Made by a program: the position numbers and the translations under genes. This document shows, one piece after another, positions 46,435-63,189 of a stretch of DNA of 64,000 bases. This DNA is from Gemmataceae bacterium (GTDB lineage: Bacteria > Planctomycetota > Planctomycetia > Gemmatales > Gemmataceae). Position 1 is the stretch's first letter, and the number at the start of each line of letters is the position of its first letter. Location of the stretch: positions 1 to 64,000 of the forward strand of contig JALHPZ010000001.1 of assembly GCA_022842245.1 (NCBI GenBank), in the 5' to 3' direction. The notes beneath the pieces are model-generated. The model saw nothing but the letters and a program-made list of their open reading frames with translations. It was not told the origin of the DNA and made no database searches.

Positions 46435-47535
46435 ATGGGCGTGCGATTTGTCATGGTCGGTGGATTCCTCGGCGCGGGCAAGACAACCACGCTCGCGCGG
46501 CTGGCGCGGCAGTACCAGGCGCGCGGGCACCGCGTCGGACTCGTCACCAACGATCAGGCGCACGATCTCGTCGACACGAACAACCTGCGATCCCAGGGCT
46601 TCGCGGTGCAGGAGGTGCCGGGCGCCTGCTTCTGCTGCCGCTTCGACGATCTCGTGAACCGCGTCGGCGCGCTCGAATCGTCCGAACGGCCCGACGTGAT
46701 CCTCGCCGAGCCGGTCGGCAGTTGCACCGACCTCGTCGCGACGGTGGTGCAACCGCTCAAGGACCTCTACGCCGGCCGGTTCGCCGTCGCCCCCTACGCG
46801 GTGCTCTTCAAGCCGAGCCACGGGTTGAAGATCCTCGCCGGGGGCAAGTCGGGCTTCTCGCCAAAGGCGGCGTACATCTTCACCAAGCAACTCGAAGAGG
46901 CCGACGCGATCGTGGTCAACCGCATCGACGAGATCGCGCCGGAGGAACTGGACCGGTTGTCGGAACTCCTCGCGGAGCGATTCCCGGGCACGCCGGTGCT
47001 GAAGGTCTCCGCGCTGACCGGTGCCGGATTCGAACCACTCGTCGAACTGCTCGATCAGGATGGCGGGTTCGGCCGGAAAATCCTCGATATCGACTACGAT
47101 ACTTACGCCGAGGGTGAAGCCGAACTCGGCTGGCTGAACTCGTCGGTCCGGTTGGATTCGACCGCGGGCTTTCCGCTCGATTCGCTACTGATCGCCGTCG
47201 TGAACGGCCTGCAGGCCGTCCTCAACCGACTCGGCGGCGAGGTGGCGCACCTGAAAGTGATCGGCCAGGACGACGGCGGCGCGTTCGGCGTCGCCAACGT
47301 CGTCAGCGGCGATTCCCCCGCGAAGCTCTCGCTCGCCTCCGGCAGCACGGCGCGCGAGGCCGACCTGATCGTGAACGCCCGCGTGGCAATCGACCCGGAC
47401 ATGCTGGACGCCGAGGTGAAGCGAATCGTTTCGGACGAATGCGCGAAGCTCGGCATCGTGCCGACCTTCCTGCAAAGCCAGAGCCTGCGCCCCGGGCGCC
47501 CGGTGCCGACGCACCGCTACGCGACGGCGAAGTGA
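46435..47535 (+). CDS. CobW/HypB/UreG (G3E) family GTPase, CobW-like with CxCC motif
   Basis: 366 aa. Walker A GGFLGAGKTT. GACFCCRFDDL (CxCC). ...IVVNRID... G4-like segment. Confidence 0.8.
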   Translation: MGVRFVMVGGFLGAGKTTTLARLARQYQARGHRVGLVTNDQAHDLVDTNNLRSQGFAVQEVPGACFCCRFDDLVNRVGALESSERPDVILAEPVGSCTDLVATVVQPLKDLYAGRFAVAPYAVLFKPSHGLKILAGGKSGFSPKAAYIFTKQLEEADAIVVNRIDEIAPEELDRLSELLAERFPGTPVLKVSALTGAGFEPLVELLDQDGGFGRKILDIDYDTYAEGEAELGWLNSSVRLDSTAGFPLDSLLIAVVNGLQAVLNRLGGEVAHLKVIGQDDGGAFGVANVVSGDSPAKLSLASGSTAREADLIVNARVAIDPDMLDAEVKRIVSDECAKLGIVPTFLQSQSLRPGRPVPTHRYATAK

Positions 47536-47580
47536 TCGGGCAAAATGTCGCCGGCCACGGGACGGTCGGCACCGAAAGCG

Positions 47581-47624
47581 AAACGCCAACCGGGGGACGT
47601 TTGTCCCCCGGTTGGCGTTTCGGG
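47581..47624. terminator. bidirectional terminator between the cobW-like gene and rpoC
   Basis: Perfect 18-bp stem AAACGCCAACCGGGGGAC / GTCCCCCGGTTGGCGTTT with loop GTTT. Confidence 0.6.
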
Positions 47625-47641
47625 TTACCCCGTCATGATCG

Positions 47642-52003
<4,362 letters not shown>

Positions 52004-52060
52004 ATCGAAACTCCCGATTGAGAGTGAATGTTCAAGGAAGGAAGAAGTTGCGGACGGAAG

Positions 52061-52082
52061 CCCTCCCATGATCATGGGAGGG
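52061..52082 (-). promoter_or_regulatory. perfect 22-nt palindrome in the rpoB-rpoC intergenic region (attenuator or processing hairpin)
   Basis: CCCTCCCATGATCATGGGAGGG equals its own reverse complement. Lies 10 nt after the rpoB stop. Confidence 0.5.
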
Positions 52083-52091
52083 CTTGTTATC

Positions 52092-55850
<3,759 letters not shown>

Positions 55851-56273
55851 CGGCAAACTCCTGGGTCCAACGAATCGACGGTCCGGCAAGTGCCCCCCGT
55901 CGGCGGACGAACGGGCCTTGCATCGGTGGTCGGAAGACGTTATTTCTGAGGGATCGGTCGGCGGACGCCGGGCACCAACGCAACAATCCCGCGCCGGGAC
56001 ACTCCCCATTCAAGGGAGGTTCGCGGAACGGGGCAGTATTGGGCCGGGGTGTGTATCGGGAAGTTCATCGAGCGCAGGAGCGAGTGGGTCGCGTGCATTT
56101 TCACCACTGCTTTTGCGTTGCGGTTTGCGAAGGCGGGCAGGCCCGACGGCGCAATCCGGGTAAAAAAAGCAACTTCTCCGCCAGATTAAGATGATACGCC
56201 TGTTCGGCGAGTCCGTCGATAGTCAACGGCACATTTTTTGCGAACCATTCGCTTAACCCCCGGAAAAGCAAGT

Positions 56274-56326
56274 GAAATCCCGTGCCAAATTCGGGATTTT
56301 CCGGAGGAAATTTTGTGGGATTTCCG
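56274..56326 (+). promoter_or_regulatory. cluster of short inverted and direct repeats in the long intergenic region between rpoB and the TonB-dependent-receptor-like gene
   Basis: GAAATCCC-gtgccaaattc-GGGATTTTC inverted repeat, GGAAAT-tttgtggg-ATTTCC inverted repeat, and GGGATTT(T)CCG occurring twice. AT-richer than the surroundings. Confidence 0.3.
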
Positions 56327-56501
56327 CGCGGATCGAGCCAGGCGCGTGCCGCGCGAATCTGGGCAAGGCCGCGCGGTCCCGATGAATGCGCGGATTCCAC
56401 GGACGAAACCGATTTTTCCATTTCGTTGAACTTTGTCGCTTGTTCCACCCGATTTAGCGAGTACCAACCGGCCGCTGCGCCGCGCGAGGGGAGAACGTCA
56501 C

Positions 56502-59156
56502 ATGAAACGGAATCGCTGGAAGTCGGCAACGGGGTGCCTCGCCACGGTCCTGATCGGCGCGAACGCGGCGACGGCCCAATCGCCGAAGGATCCGCCGCAG
56601 GCCCCGAAATCGCTCGGCGCACCGGTCGTTCCGATTCCGGTCGAATTGCCCAAGGTGCCCGGCGGCGAACTGAAACTCGTGAAACAGCCGCCGAACGAAG
56701 AACTCCCGGCCGCGACGCAGCCGGTGACGCCGACCGCGCCGACTCCCACAGCTCCGGCTCCCGCGCCGGCCCCCGCCGCACCGGCGGCCGGCGGCTCCTC
56801 CAGCACCGTGAATGTGTCCGGTTCGGACCCGTCCGGCGCCGCCGCTCCCACCGCGGGCGGCGGACAACCCACCCAAGCCCTCAACGCCTCCGACCTCGGC
56901 GGGCTGCTCGGCAAGTCCGATCAGGCCACCGGCGTCGAGGTGCAACGCCGCAACGCCATCAGCAGCGACCCGCGCATCCGCGGCCTGCGCAACGGCCAGT
57001 ACCTCGCCCTCGGCGACGGCGTTCCGTACTTCCCCGGCCGTCTCGACCTCGATACGCCGGTCTCCAAGTTCTACCCCGCCATGGTCCGTGACGTGCAAGT
57101 GTTCCGCGGGCCCTTCACCACGCTCCTCGGGCCAGGCTTCGGCTTCATCAATATCGGTACCGTCAACGCGCCCCGCTCCAAGAACGGCGGCACCGAATAC
57201 CACGGCATCTCGTCCCTCGGCTACCAGACCAACGGCGAGCAGTACAACGCCCTCCAGGTCGTGACCGCCGCCGGTTCGAACTGGGGCTTCCGCGGCAGCT
57301 ACAACATCCTGCAGGGGAACGACTACGCCGACGGCGGCGGCAACAAGATCCCCGCCAGCTACCTCTCCAACAACTTCAACGTCGCCCTCGGCTACGACCT
57401 GTCGGAAGACGTGACTGTCGACTTCAAGGGCCTGCGCACCTTCCAGAGCAACCTGGAGTTCCCCGGCCTGTACTTCGACGTCGACGCCTCCGATACCGAA
57501 GCCTACAACACGCGCATCACGGCCCGGAATTTCGGCCCCTTCGACGTCTTCACGACGGACCTCTGGTACAACGTCTCGACGACCAGCGGCAGCACGCGGG
57601 GTGGAGCGAAGAAGGCGTTCGTCAACCAACTCCTTCGCTTCGCGTTCGAGGAGCCGTTCCTGAGTCGCCGGCCCGACGGCACGCCGGACCTCCTACAGGG
57701 GCGGCGCGGTTTCGGCTTCAATGACCAGTCCACTACCCGCTTCGCGGAGCGCTCGATTGGCTATCGCTTCAACGGCCAGTGGGGGAACAATACGGATGAA
57801 CTGACCCTGTTCATGGGCACCGACCTCAACGTCTTCGGCCAGCACCTGACCGAAAACATCATGTTCACGCAATTGGCCGGTCCGCCGATCCAGACCTCGA
57901 ATCCGCCAGGGTCCACCCTGCCGTCGAACGTGATTACGCAGACCCAACAGATTCCGAAGTCCAACAGCTACAACCCTGGTTTGTTCCTCGAAGGGATGTT
58001 GCCGCTCAACGATCGCCTCAAAATCAAGGGCGGCGGTCGGATCGACTACGTTCGAACGAGCAGCAACAATCGCGTCATTACCGGCAACGTCGATCTCTTC
58101 GGCGACCCGCAGAACCCAGGGCTGGTCGATGCGCAGGGCCGCTTCATGCTCGATCCGAGTGTGTACTCGGTGGATCCTTCACCGATCGCCGCGAATCCTT
58201 TCACCCGAGAACTGGACCGCAATTTCACGCTCTATGCCGGCTTCGCCACCGCCGAGTACAAGATTTCCCAAGAGACGACGCTCTTCGCCGGCTACGGCTA
58301 TGCGGAACGCGCGCCGAACCTGACGGAACTCTACACCGCCGGCCCGTTCCTCGGCGTGCTGCAGACCGGCACCAGCCGCGTCATCGGCGATCCGAACCTC
58401 TCCAAGGAACGGATGCACCACATCGATATCGGCCTGCGGTACGACACCGACTACCTGAAGTTCGGCATCAGCGGCTTCTACGCCATGATCCAGGACTACA
58501 TCACCTACGACGCGAACCGCGTCTCGCAACTCGGCCTCTCGCAGGTGACCTTCACGAACACCGACCTCGCCACCCTGGCCGGTACGGAACTGTTCATGCA
58601 GGCGAACGTCACGAAATGGTTCTCGCCGTTTGCCACTCTCAGCTACGTGCAGGGGATCGACCAAACGCACGTCGACAACCGTCGCGGCACGGTCTTCAAC
58701 CGTGTCGATGCGAACGGCACGCCGTTCACCAGCCGACTCGACAGCAGCCGGCGGCGCGATCCGGCGACCGGTGCCGCCGCCACCGATACCGAACCGCTGC
58801 CGAACATCCCGCCCATGGAAACCCGGCTCGGCTTCCGCATCCACGGCAGCGACCCGGTCCCGAAGTGGCAGATCGAAGTGGTCTCGCGGATTGTCAGCGG
58901 CCAGAATGCCATCGCCCGCAGCCTCGGCGAAATCGCGACGCCCGGCTTCAGCACGATCGACCTGCGGGGCTACTACCAGCTGAACGAGAACCTGCTGCTG
59001 ACGGGCGGCGTGGAAAACCTCGGTGATCGGCTGTACCGCGAACACCTTGACCCGATCGCCGCCAACCAGCTGCGGAGCCTGACGGGCGAGGGCAGCATCC
59101 CGGTGCTCTTCCGTCCGGGGACCAACTTCTTCTTCAACGTGCAGTACAAGTACTGA
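56502..59156 (+). CDS. TonB-dependent-receptor-like outer-membrane beta-barrel protein (plug + barrel)
   Basis: ~884 aa from MKRNRWKSATGCLATVLIGANAATA, a signal peptide. Pro/Ala-rich linker. Plug-like TGVEVQRRNAISSDPRIRGLRNGQY..VDGVPY. Terminal aromatic-rich beta strand FFNVQYKY. Confidence 0.65.
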   Translation: MKRNRWKSATGCLATVLIGANAATAQSPKDPPQAPKSLGAPVVPIPVELPKVPGGELKLVKQPPNEELPAATQPVTPTAPTPTAPAPAPAPAAPAAGGSSSTVNVSGSDPSGAAAPTAGGGQPTQALNASDLGGLLGKSDQATGVEVQRRNAISSDPRIRGLRNGQYLALGDGVPYFPGRLDLDTPVSKFYPAMVRDVQVFRGPFTTLLGPGFGFINIGTVNAPRSKNGGTEYHGISSLGYQTNGEQYNALQVVTAAGSNWGFRGSYNILQGNDYADGGGNKIPASYLSNNFNVALGYDLSEDVTVDFKGLRTFQSNLEFPGLYFDVDASDTEAYNTRITARNFGPFDVFTTDLWYNVSTTSGSTRGGAKKAFVNQLLRFAFEEPFLSRRPDGTPDLLQGRRGFGFNDQSTTRFAERSIGYRFNGQWGNNTDELTLFMGTDLNVFGQHLTENIMFTQLAGPPIQTSNPPGSTLPSNVITQTQQIPKSNSYNPGLFLEGMLPLNDRLKIKGGGRIDYVRTSSNNRVITGNVDLFGDPQNPGLVDAQGRFMLDPSVYSVDPSPIAANPFTRELDRNFTLYAGFATAEYKISQETTLFAGYGYAERAPNLTELYTAGPFLGVLQTGTSRVIGDPNLSKERMHHIDIGLRYDTDYLKFGISGFYAMIQDYITYDANRVSQLGLSQVTFTNTDLATLAGTELFMQANVTKWFSPFATLSYVQGIDQTHVDNRRGTVFNRVDANGTPFTSRLDSSRRRDPATGAAATDTEPLPNIPPMETRLGFRIHGSDPVPKWQIEVVSRIVSGQNAIARSLGEIATPGFSTIDLRGYYQLNENLLLTGGVENLGDRLYREHLDPIAANQLRSLTGEGSIPVLFRPGTNFFFNVQYKY

Positions 59157-59204
59157 TCGGGAACGCGATCGAGTCGAGGCCGGCGGAGTCCGCTCCGTCG
59201 GCCT

Positions 59205-60863
59205 TTATGTTTTCAGGTCCTTGAAGAACTGCAGGTAGACGATGCCGCCGATGATCGCCACGAGGAGCGCCGCGGCGACGTAGAGCAGGCCGGCCCACTG
59301 GGAATACGATCGGTCTTCGATGATCGATTCGGCGGACCAGCTAACCGAGCTTTGGGATTCGGTGAGTCGTTGGAAGACGCCGGCGACGAACGCCTGGTGC
59401 TTTTCGTCGCGCCCGGTGGCGGCGAGGTAGCAACCGGCGAGGAGCGGCAGGGCCGCGAGGCCATCGCCGACGACCGCCGAAGTTTCCACGGGCATCCCGC
59501 GGGCCATGACGCGCCCCAGGCGGGGGCCTCGGAGGAACATCTCGTGGAGGAACGCGAAGAGTTTCTGGTTGTAGGGCGGAACGAACGGACCGCTGCGCAC
59601 GTCCGGCGGCCAGTCGAGCCGCAGGTATTTGATCACCCACGACGCCAATACGTTCATGCGGATCCAGTCGGCGGCCTGTTCCATGACCTCGGGAATTTCC
59701 TCGGGCGGCCGATCCGGCACGACCGGCAAGCGCTGGCCGATCCGCGCCTTGAGCATCTCTTTGGGGAAACCCCGGCGGAACTCGTCGAAGCCGGGTGCCT
59801 GTTCGAGGTCGCAGACCATGAGGAAGTGGGCGTAGCGCTGGCGGAACACGGCCCGCGCCGTCGCGAGATCGGTCGCCAGCACGCCGAGCGCGTTCCGGCA
59901 GATCTCGTCGGTTTCGAGCGCGGCCCACGGCAGCAGCACCATGACGCCATTCAACGGGCACCAGGGGCGGCGGTCGCGGGCAATCAGCTTGCAGAGGAAC
60001 GCAAGGCGGCGCGGCCCGAGGGCAAGCAGTTCGTTCGACAGATTAATGTGCCGCGTGCCGCCGCCCGCCTTCGTCGTCTGGATCATCTCGCCCAGTTCGC
60101 GCAGGCGGGCATCCTCGTCGGGCGTGAGCGGGCGATCGCTTTGGATCTGCAATAGCCGATAGAACTCGTCCTGGACTTTTTCGTCGACCCCCTGGAGCGC
60201 CTGGCCGGGGGTGATGGTCGCGCCAGCGCCGGCGGCGCCGGCGCCCACGTCGAAGCCGCCGATCTCCGGATTCGCCAGCGCGTCGGCGAAGCTGCCCCAC
60301 GTGGACGCCCCGGAGCAGCAGACGAAGATCGCGTCCGGCCCGGCGAAGATCCGCAAGGGGGAATCGACGGCGAGCGGTGCCCGGACTTCGATCCGCTGCC
60401 CGGAGGCGAGGAACAACGCGTCGTCGCCGGCGTTCGGTCGGCCGATGACGAGATAGAGCGGCGCGTCCCCGAGCTTGTAACCGCTCTGGGCGAGCTTTCG
60501 GATGGCGTCGTCCCAGGCGGATTCGATGTCCGGGAATTCGGCGGCGTCGCCGCGGTTGAAGAGCTTCCACCAGAAGTAGCCGAGCCACGTGATGACGTAG
60601 ATCAGCAGGAAGATCAGCGGGAGATAGATCTCCTTGATCGCGTTGGTCGCCCGCGACTTCAACAGGTTCTGAACGAACGGTTGTTTGTTGAGATACCAAA
60701 GACCATAGAAGATGACGGCGAGGATGATGGCGTGGACGAGGAGGCGGAACCACTTCGGCCAGGTGCGGAAGTCGGCGGCTTCCGCGAAGATCGGAAGAAC
60801 GATGCCGACGAGTCCGCGAATCCAGGCCACGAACGTGGCGCCCATCATGACGATCGATTGCAT
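59205..60863 (-). CDS. TssM/IcmF N-terminal-domain-like inner-membrane protein, truncated (no periplasmic domain), degenerate P-loop
   Basis: 552 aa. 2-3 N-terminal TM helices, a ~400-aa cytoplasmic domain with LYLVIGRPNAGDDALFLAS at the position of the TssM Walker A (GPxGxGKS/T), one C-terminal TM (WAGLLYVAAALLVAIIGGIVYLQFF), then the protein ends. Confidence 0.55.
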   Translation of the reverse strand: MQSIVMMGATFVAWIRGLVGIVLPIFAEAADFRTWPKWFRLLVHAIILAVIFYGLWYLNKQPFVQNLLKSRATNAIKEIYLPLIFLLIYVITWLGYFWWKLFNRGDAAEFPDIESAWDDAIRKLAQSGYKLGDAPLYLVIGRPNAGDDALFLASGQRIEVRAPLAVDSPLRIFAGPDAIFVCCSGASTWGSFADALANPEIGGFDVGAGAAGAGATITPGQALQGVDEKVQDEFYRLLQIQSDRPLTPDEDARLRELGEMIQTTKAGGGTRHINLSNELLALGPRRLAFLCKLIARDRRPWCPLNGVMVLLPWAALETDEICRNALGVLATDLATARAVFRQRYAHFLMVCDLEQAPGFDEFRRGFPKEMLKARIGQRLPVVPDRPPEEIPEVMEQAADWIRMNVLASWVIKYLRLDWPPDVRSGPFVPPYNQKLFAFLHEMFLRGPRLGRVMARGMPVETSAVVGDGLAALPLLAGCYLAATGRDEKHQAFVAGVFQRLTESQSSVSWSAESIIEDRSYSQWAGLLYVAAALLVAIIGGIVYLQFFKDLKT

Positions 60864-60884
60864 GGCAGTCCGCGGTAAGGGGGC

Positions 60885-61562
60885 TTAGTCGTTCTTCGAG
60901 AGATACTGCGCGAGGACGGCGGCGCCGGCGAACAACCCGGCGGCGACGACGACCATCAGCGCGCGGCCGGCGGTGCGGAAGCGATCGCGTCCGCGCAGCG
61001 CCGGCACGTGCGTCTTCATGCCGAGGTCGGCCGGCATCCGGAATTCCTGCTGGTGCGACGTGATGACGCGGCGGCGGACCCGCTCGACCCATTCCGGCGG
61101 ATTCAACAAGCCCGGGTCGCCGCGGAAGCCGAGCATCACGCACCAGAGATAGGCCTCGACCGCCTCGGCACCGGGGCGTTTTTCGGCGAGGTCGGCCTGG
61201 AGCCAGAAGCGCCAGGCCCGTTCCTGCCCGCCGCCATACAGTTCCGCTTCGAGCGACTTTTCCTTCCACGCGCGGGACCACGATCCGTTGGCGGCCGCGA
61301 CGTCGTTGATGAAGATTTCATCGAGCCAGCAGGCGAGCGCGTAGCGCACGCCGAGGAAATCGGTCGCCGTCGGCTGCACCGGCCGCGGGACGTTGTCACC
61401 GTAGTCGGGGTGGCCGCGCACGGAGCCGTCGGCCCAGAGCATCGACTTCAGTTTCGAGTTCTCCGCGTCCAGCAGCACGCTCTCGCCGCTCAGGATCCGA
61501 TCCTTGAGGCTCATGCCGTAGGCCAGGACCTGGAGAACGTGACTGGTCAGTTCGTGCGCCAT
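60885..61562 (-). CDS. tssL: DotU/TssL-family protein (type VI/IVB secretion membrane-complex subunit homolog)
   Basis: 225 aa. Cytoplasmic DotU-like helical domain (LWCVMLGFRGD-like segment YLWCVMLGFRGDPG) and a single C-terminal TM (ALMVVVAAGLFAGAAVLAQYL). Confidence 0.65.
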   Translation of the reverse strand: MAHELTSHVLQVLAYGMSLKDRILSGESVLLDAENSKLKSMLWADGSVRGHPDYGDNVPRPVQPTATDFLGVRYALACWLDEIFINDVAAANGSWSRAWKEKSLEAELYGGGQERAWRFWLQADLAEKRPGAEAVEAYLWCVMLGFRGDPGLLNPPEWVERVRRRVITSHQQEFRMPADLGMKTHVPALRGRDRFRTAGRALMVVVAAGLFAGAAVLAQYLSKND

Positions 61563-61581
61563 CGAGCGAGGCTCCCGCCGA

Positions 61582-63003
61582 TCAGGCCTTCGGAGGAATG
61601 ATGTAGAGGGTGAAGCGAAGGATCGGCTGCCGGTTCGGCTGACCCTTGATCATGACATCGCGCTTGCCTTCGAGGTCGCCGGCCAGCAACCGTTCGTTCA
61701 GGCGGATCGCCACGCGGCGGGTCCGCTGCACGAACGGCCATTCCTCCTTGGTCGCCTCGATCGAGAAGTACGTGTCTTTCTTCGTGATGGGAAGGACGCG
61801 GGGCGGCTGCGGTTCGTGGCGGAAGATCATGCCGCGGTGGCCGCGGGCGTAGACCTCCTCCACGCGGTCCGACGACGCGATCTTCATGTTCATCTGGCCG
61901 CTGGTCAGCAGGGCGATGACCTCGGCGCTCGCCAGGTTCGATTCGACGCCGACGTACATCTGCCAGCCGGTCGCGAGCCACGGCTCGTCCATTTCGACCT
62001 GCATCTGCAGGCCCTTGCCGCTGAACGGTCGCTGTTGAAACTTGCGGTCGGCCCCGATCATGTTCAGGAGCTGGTCGAGGATGCGCTTGAGTTCGAAGAA
62101 CCCGTTCCCGAGATCGTCGTGGTCGTAGTCGACGAGTTCCGGGCAGACGCGATCGGATCCGAAGATCGCCAACTGGCCGATCAGCCGGCAGAGTTCGGTG
62201 AAGGCGAAGAGCGGGTGGTGGCCGTTGGTGCGGGCGAGGATGCGCGTGACGGACGCCGCTTCGTTGAGCAGGCGGACCTGTTCGAACATCAGCCGCGCTT
62301 CCGGGTCGGTGTCCTGGAAGGTGATTTCGCGGTCGCGGACGGTCGTCCCGAGATCGCGGACCAGCGAGCCGATCTTGTAGTAGATCGGCTGGAGGATGTC
62401 GTTGCGGAGTTCCGGCCAGGCTTCGCAGACCAGGATCGGCGGAATGTAGGTCCGGTTGAGGATCGGTGCGGTATCGCCCTGCGTCGATCGCGTGAGCGTC
62501 GCGATGGGGAGCGTTTCGTAGCCGGCGGAGTCCTGACCGGTGATGAGGAGCGAGAGGTTGAGACGCCGGAACTGGAGGGGGCGTTCGTTCTTGCCGTCGT
62601 TCTCGTCGGGAACGCGGGCATCGGATTCGATGCGGTAGCGTTTGTCTTCGTCGTTGGTGCCGCCGACGTTGACGCGGCCGACTTCGAGGGTCGGCACGGC
62701 GAGCATCACTTCGATCTGGCTCTGCTGCTCGAAGGCGGGGCGCAGGTCGAGTTCGCGGAGGTTGCAGTCCTCCGGGACGCGGACGATGGTGCCGTCGCGC
62801 ATGCGGGCCTGGAGCGAGCCGACGACGAAGCGGAAGTTCTTGAGGGCGTCGCGGTCGATCTCGATCCGACGGATGCCCCAGTTGTAGGGGGCGTCCCAGC
62901 GGCTGGAGAGACGGGTGTAGTCGGCCCAATACCGGTCGGACGCCTGGAAATGGTGGGGGCGAAGGAACATCCCCTCGTGCCAGTAGACCGGTAGGGTTCG
63001 CAT
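61582..63003 (-). CDS. tssK: TssK-family protein (type VI secretion baseplate subunit homolog)
   Basis: ~473 aa from MRTLPVYWHEGMFLRPHHFQASDRYW, which matches the conserved TssK N-terminus (VxWxEGMxLxPQHFQQxDRY). The ORF opens at 63102. Confidence 0.75.
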   Translation of the reverse strand: MRTLPVYWHEGMFLRPHHFQASDRYWADYTRLSSRWDAPYNWGIRRIEIDRDALKNFRFVVGSLQARMRDGTIVRVPEDCNLRELDLRPAFEQQSQIEVMLAVPTLEVGRVNVGGTNDEDKRYRIESDARVPDENDGKNERPLQFRRLNLSLLITGQDSAGYETLPIATLTRSTQGDTAPILNRTYIPPILVCEAWPELRNDILQPIYYKIGSLVRDLGTTVRDREITFQDTDPEARLMFEQVRLLNEAASVTRILARTNGHHPLFAFTELCRLIGQLAIFGSDRVCPELVDYDHDDLGNGFFELKRILDQLLNMIGADRKFQQRPFSGKGLQMQVEMDEPWLATGWQMYVGVESNLASAEVIALLTSGQMNMKIASSDRVEEVYARGHRGMIFRHEPQPPRVLPITKKDTYFSIEATKEEWPFVQRTRRVAIRLNERLLAGDLEGKRDVMIKGQPNRQPILRFTLYIIPPKA

Positions 63004-63189
63004 GTTGCTTTCCGAGACGCCACGGGCCGGGACCGGCCATCGCCCCCGTAGGTATACCCGATGGAACCACGCCAGTGAAGGGGCGGATTGTCGGGATCGC
63101 AATCCGGACCGGCGGGCGGATGCCGGTTCGTATCATGGTAGCAATCGCGTCGGGAGGCCCCGCGCGAGGGAGGCGCCGAGCGAGTCGAC

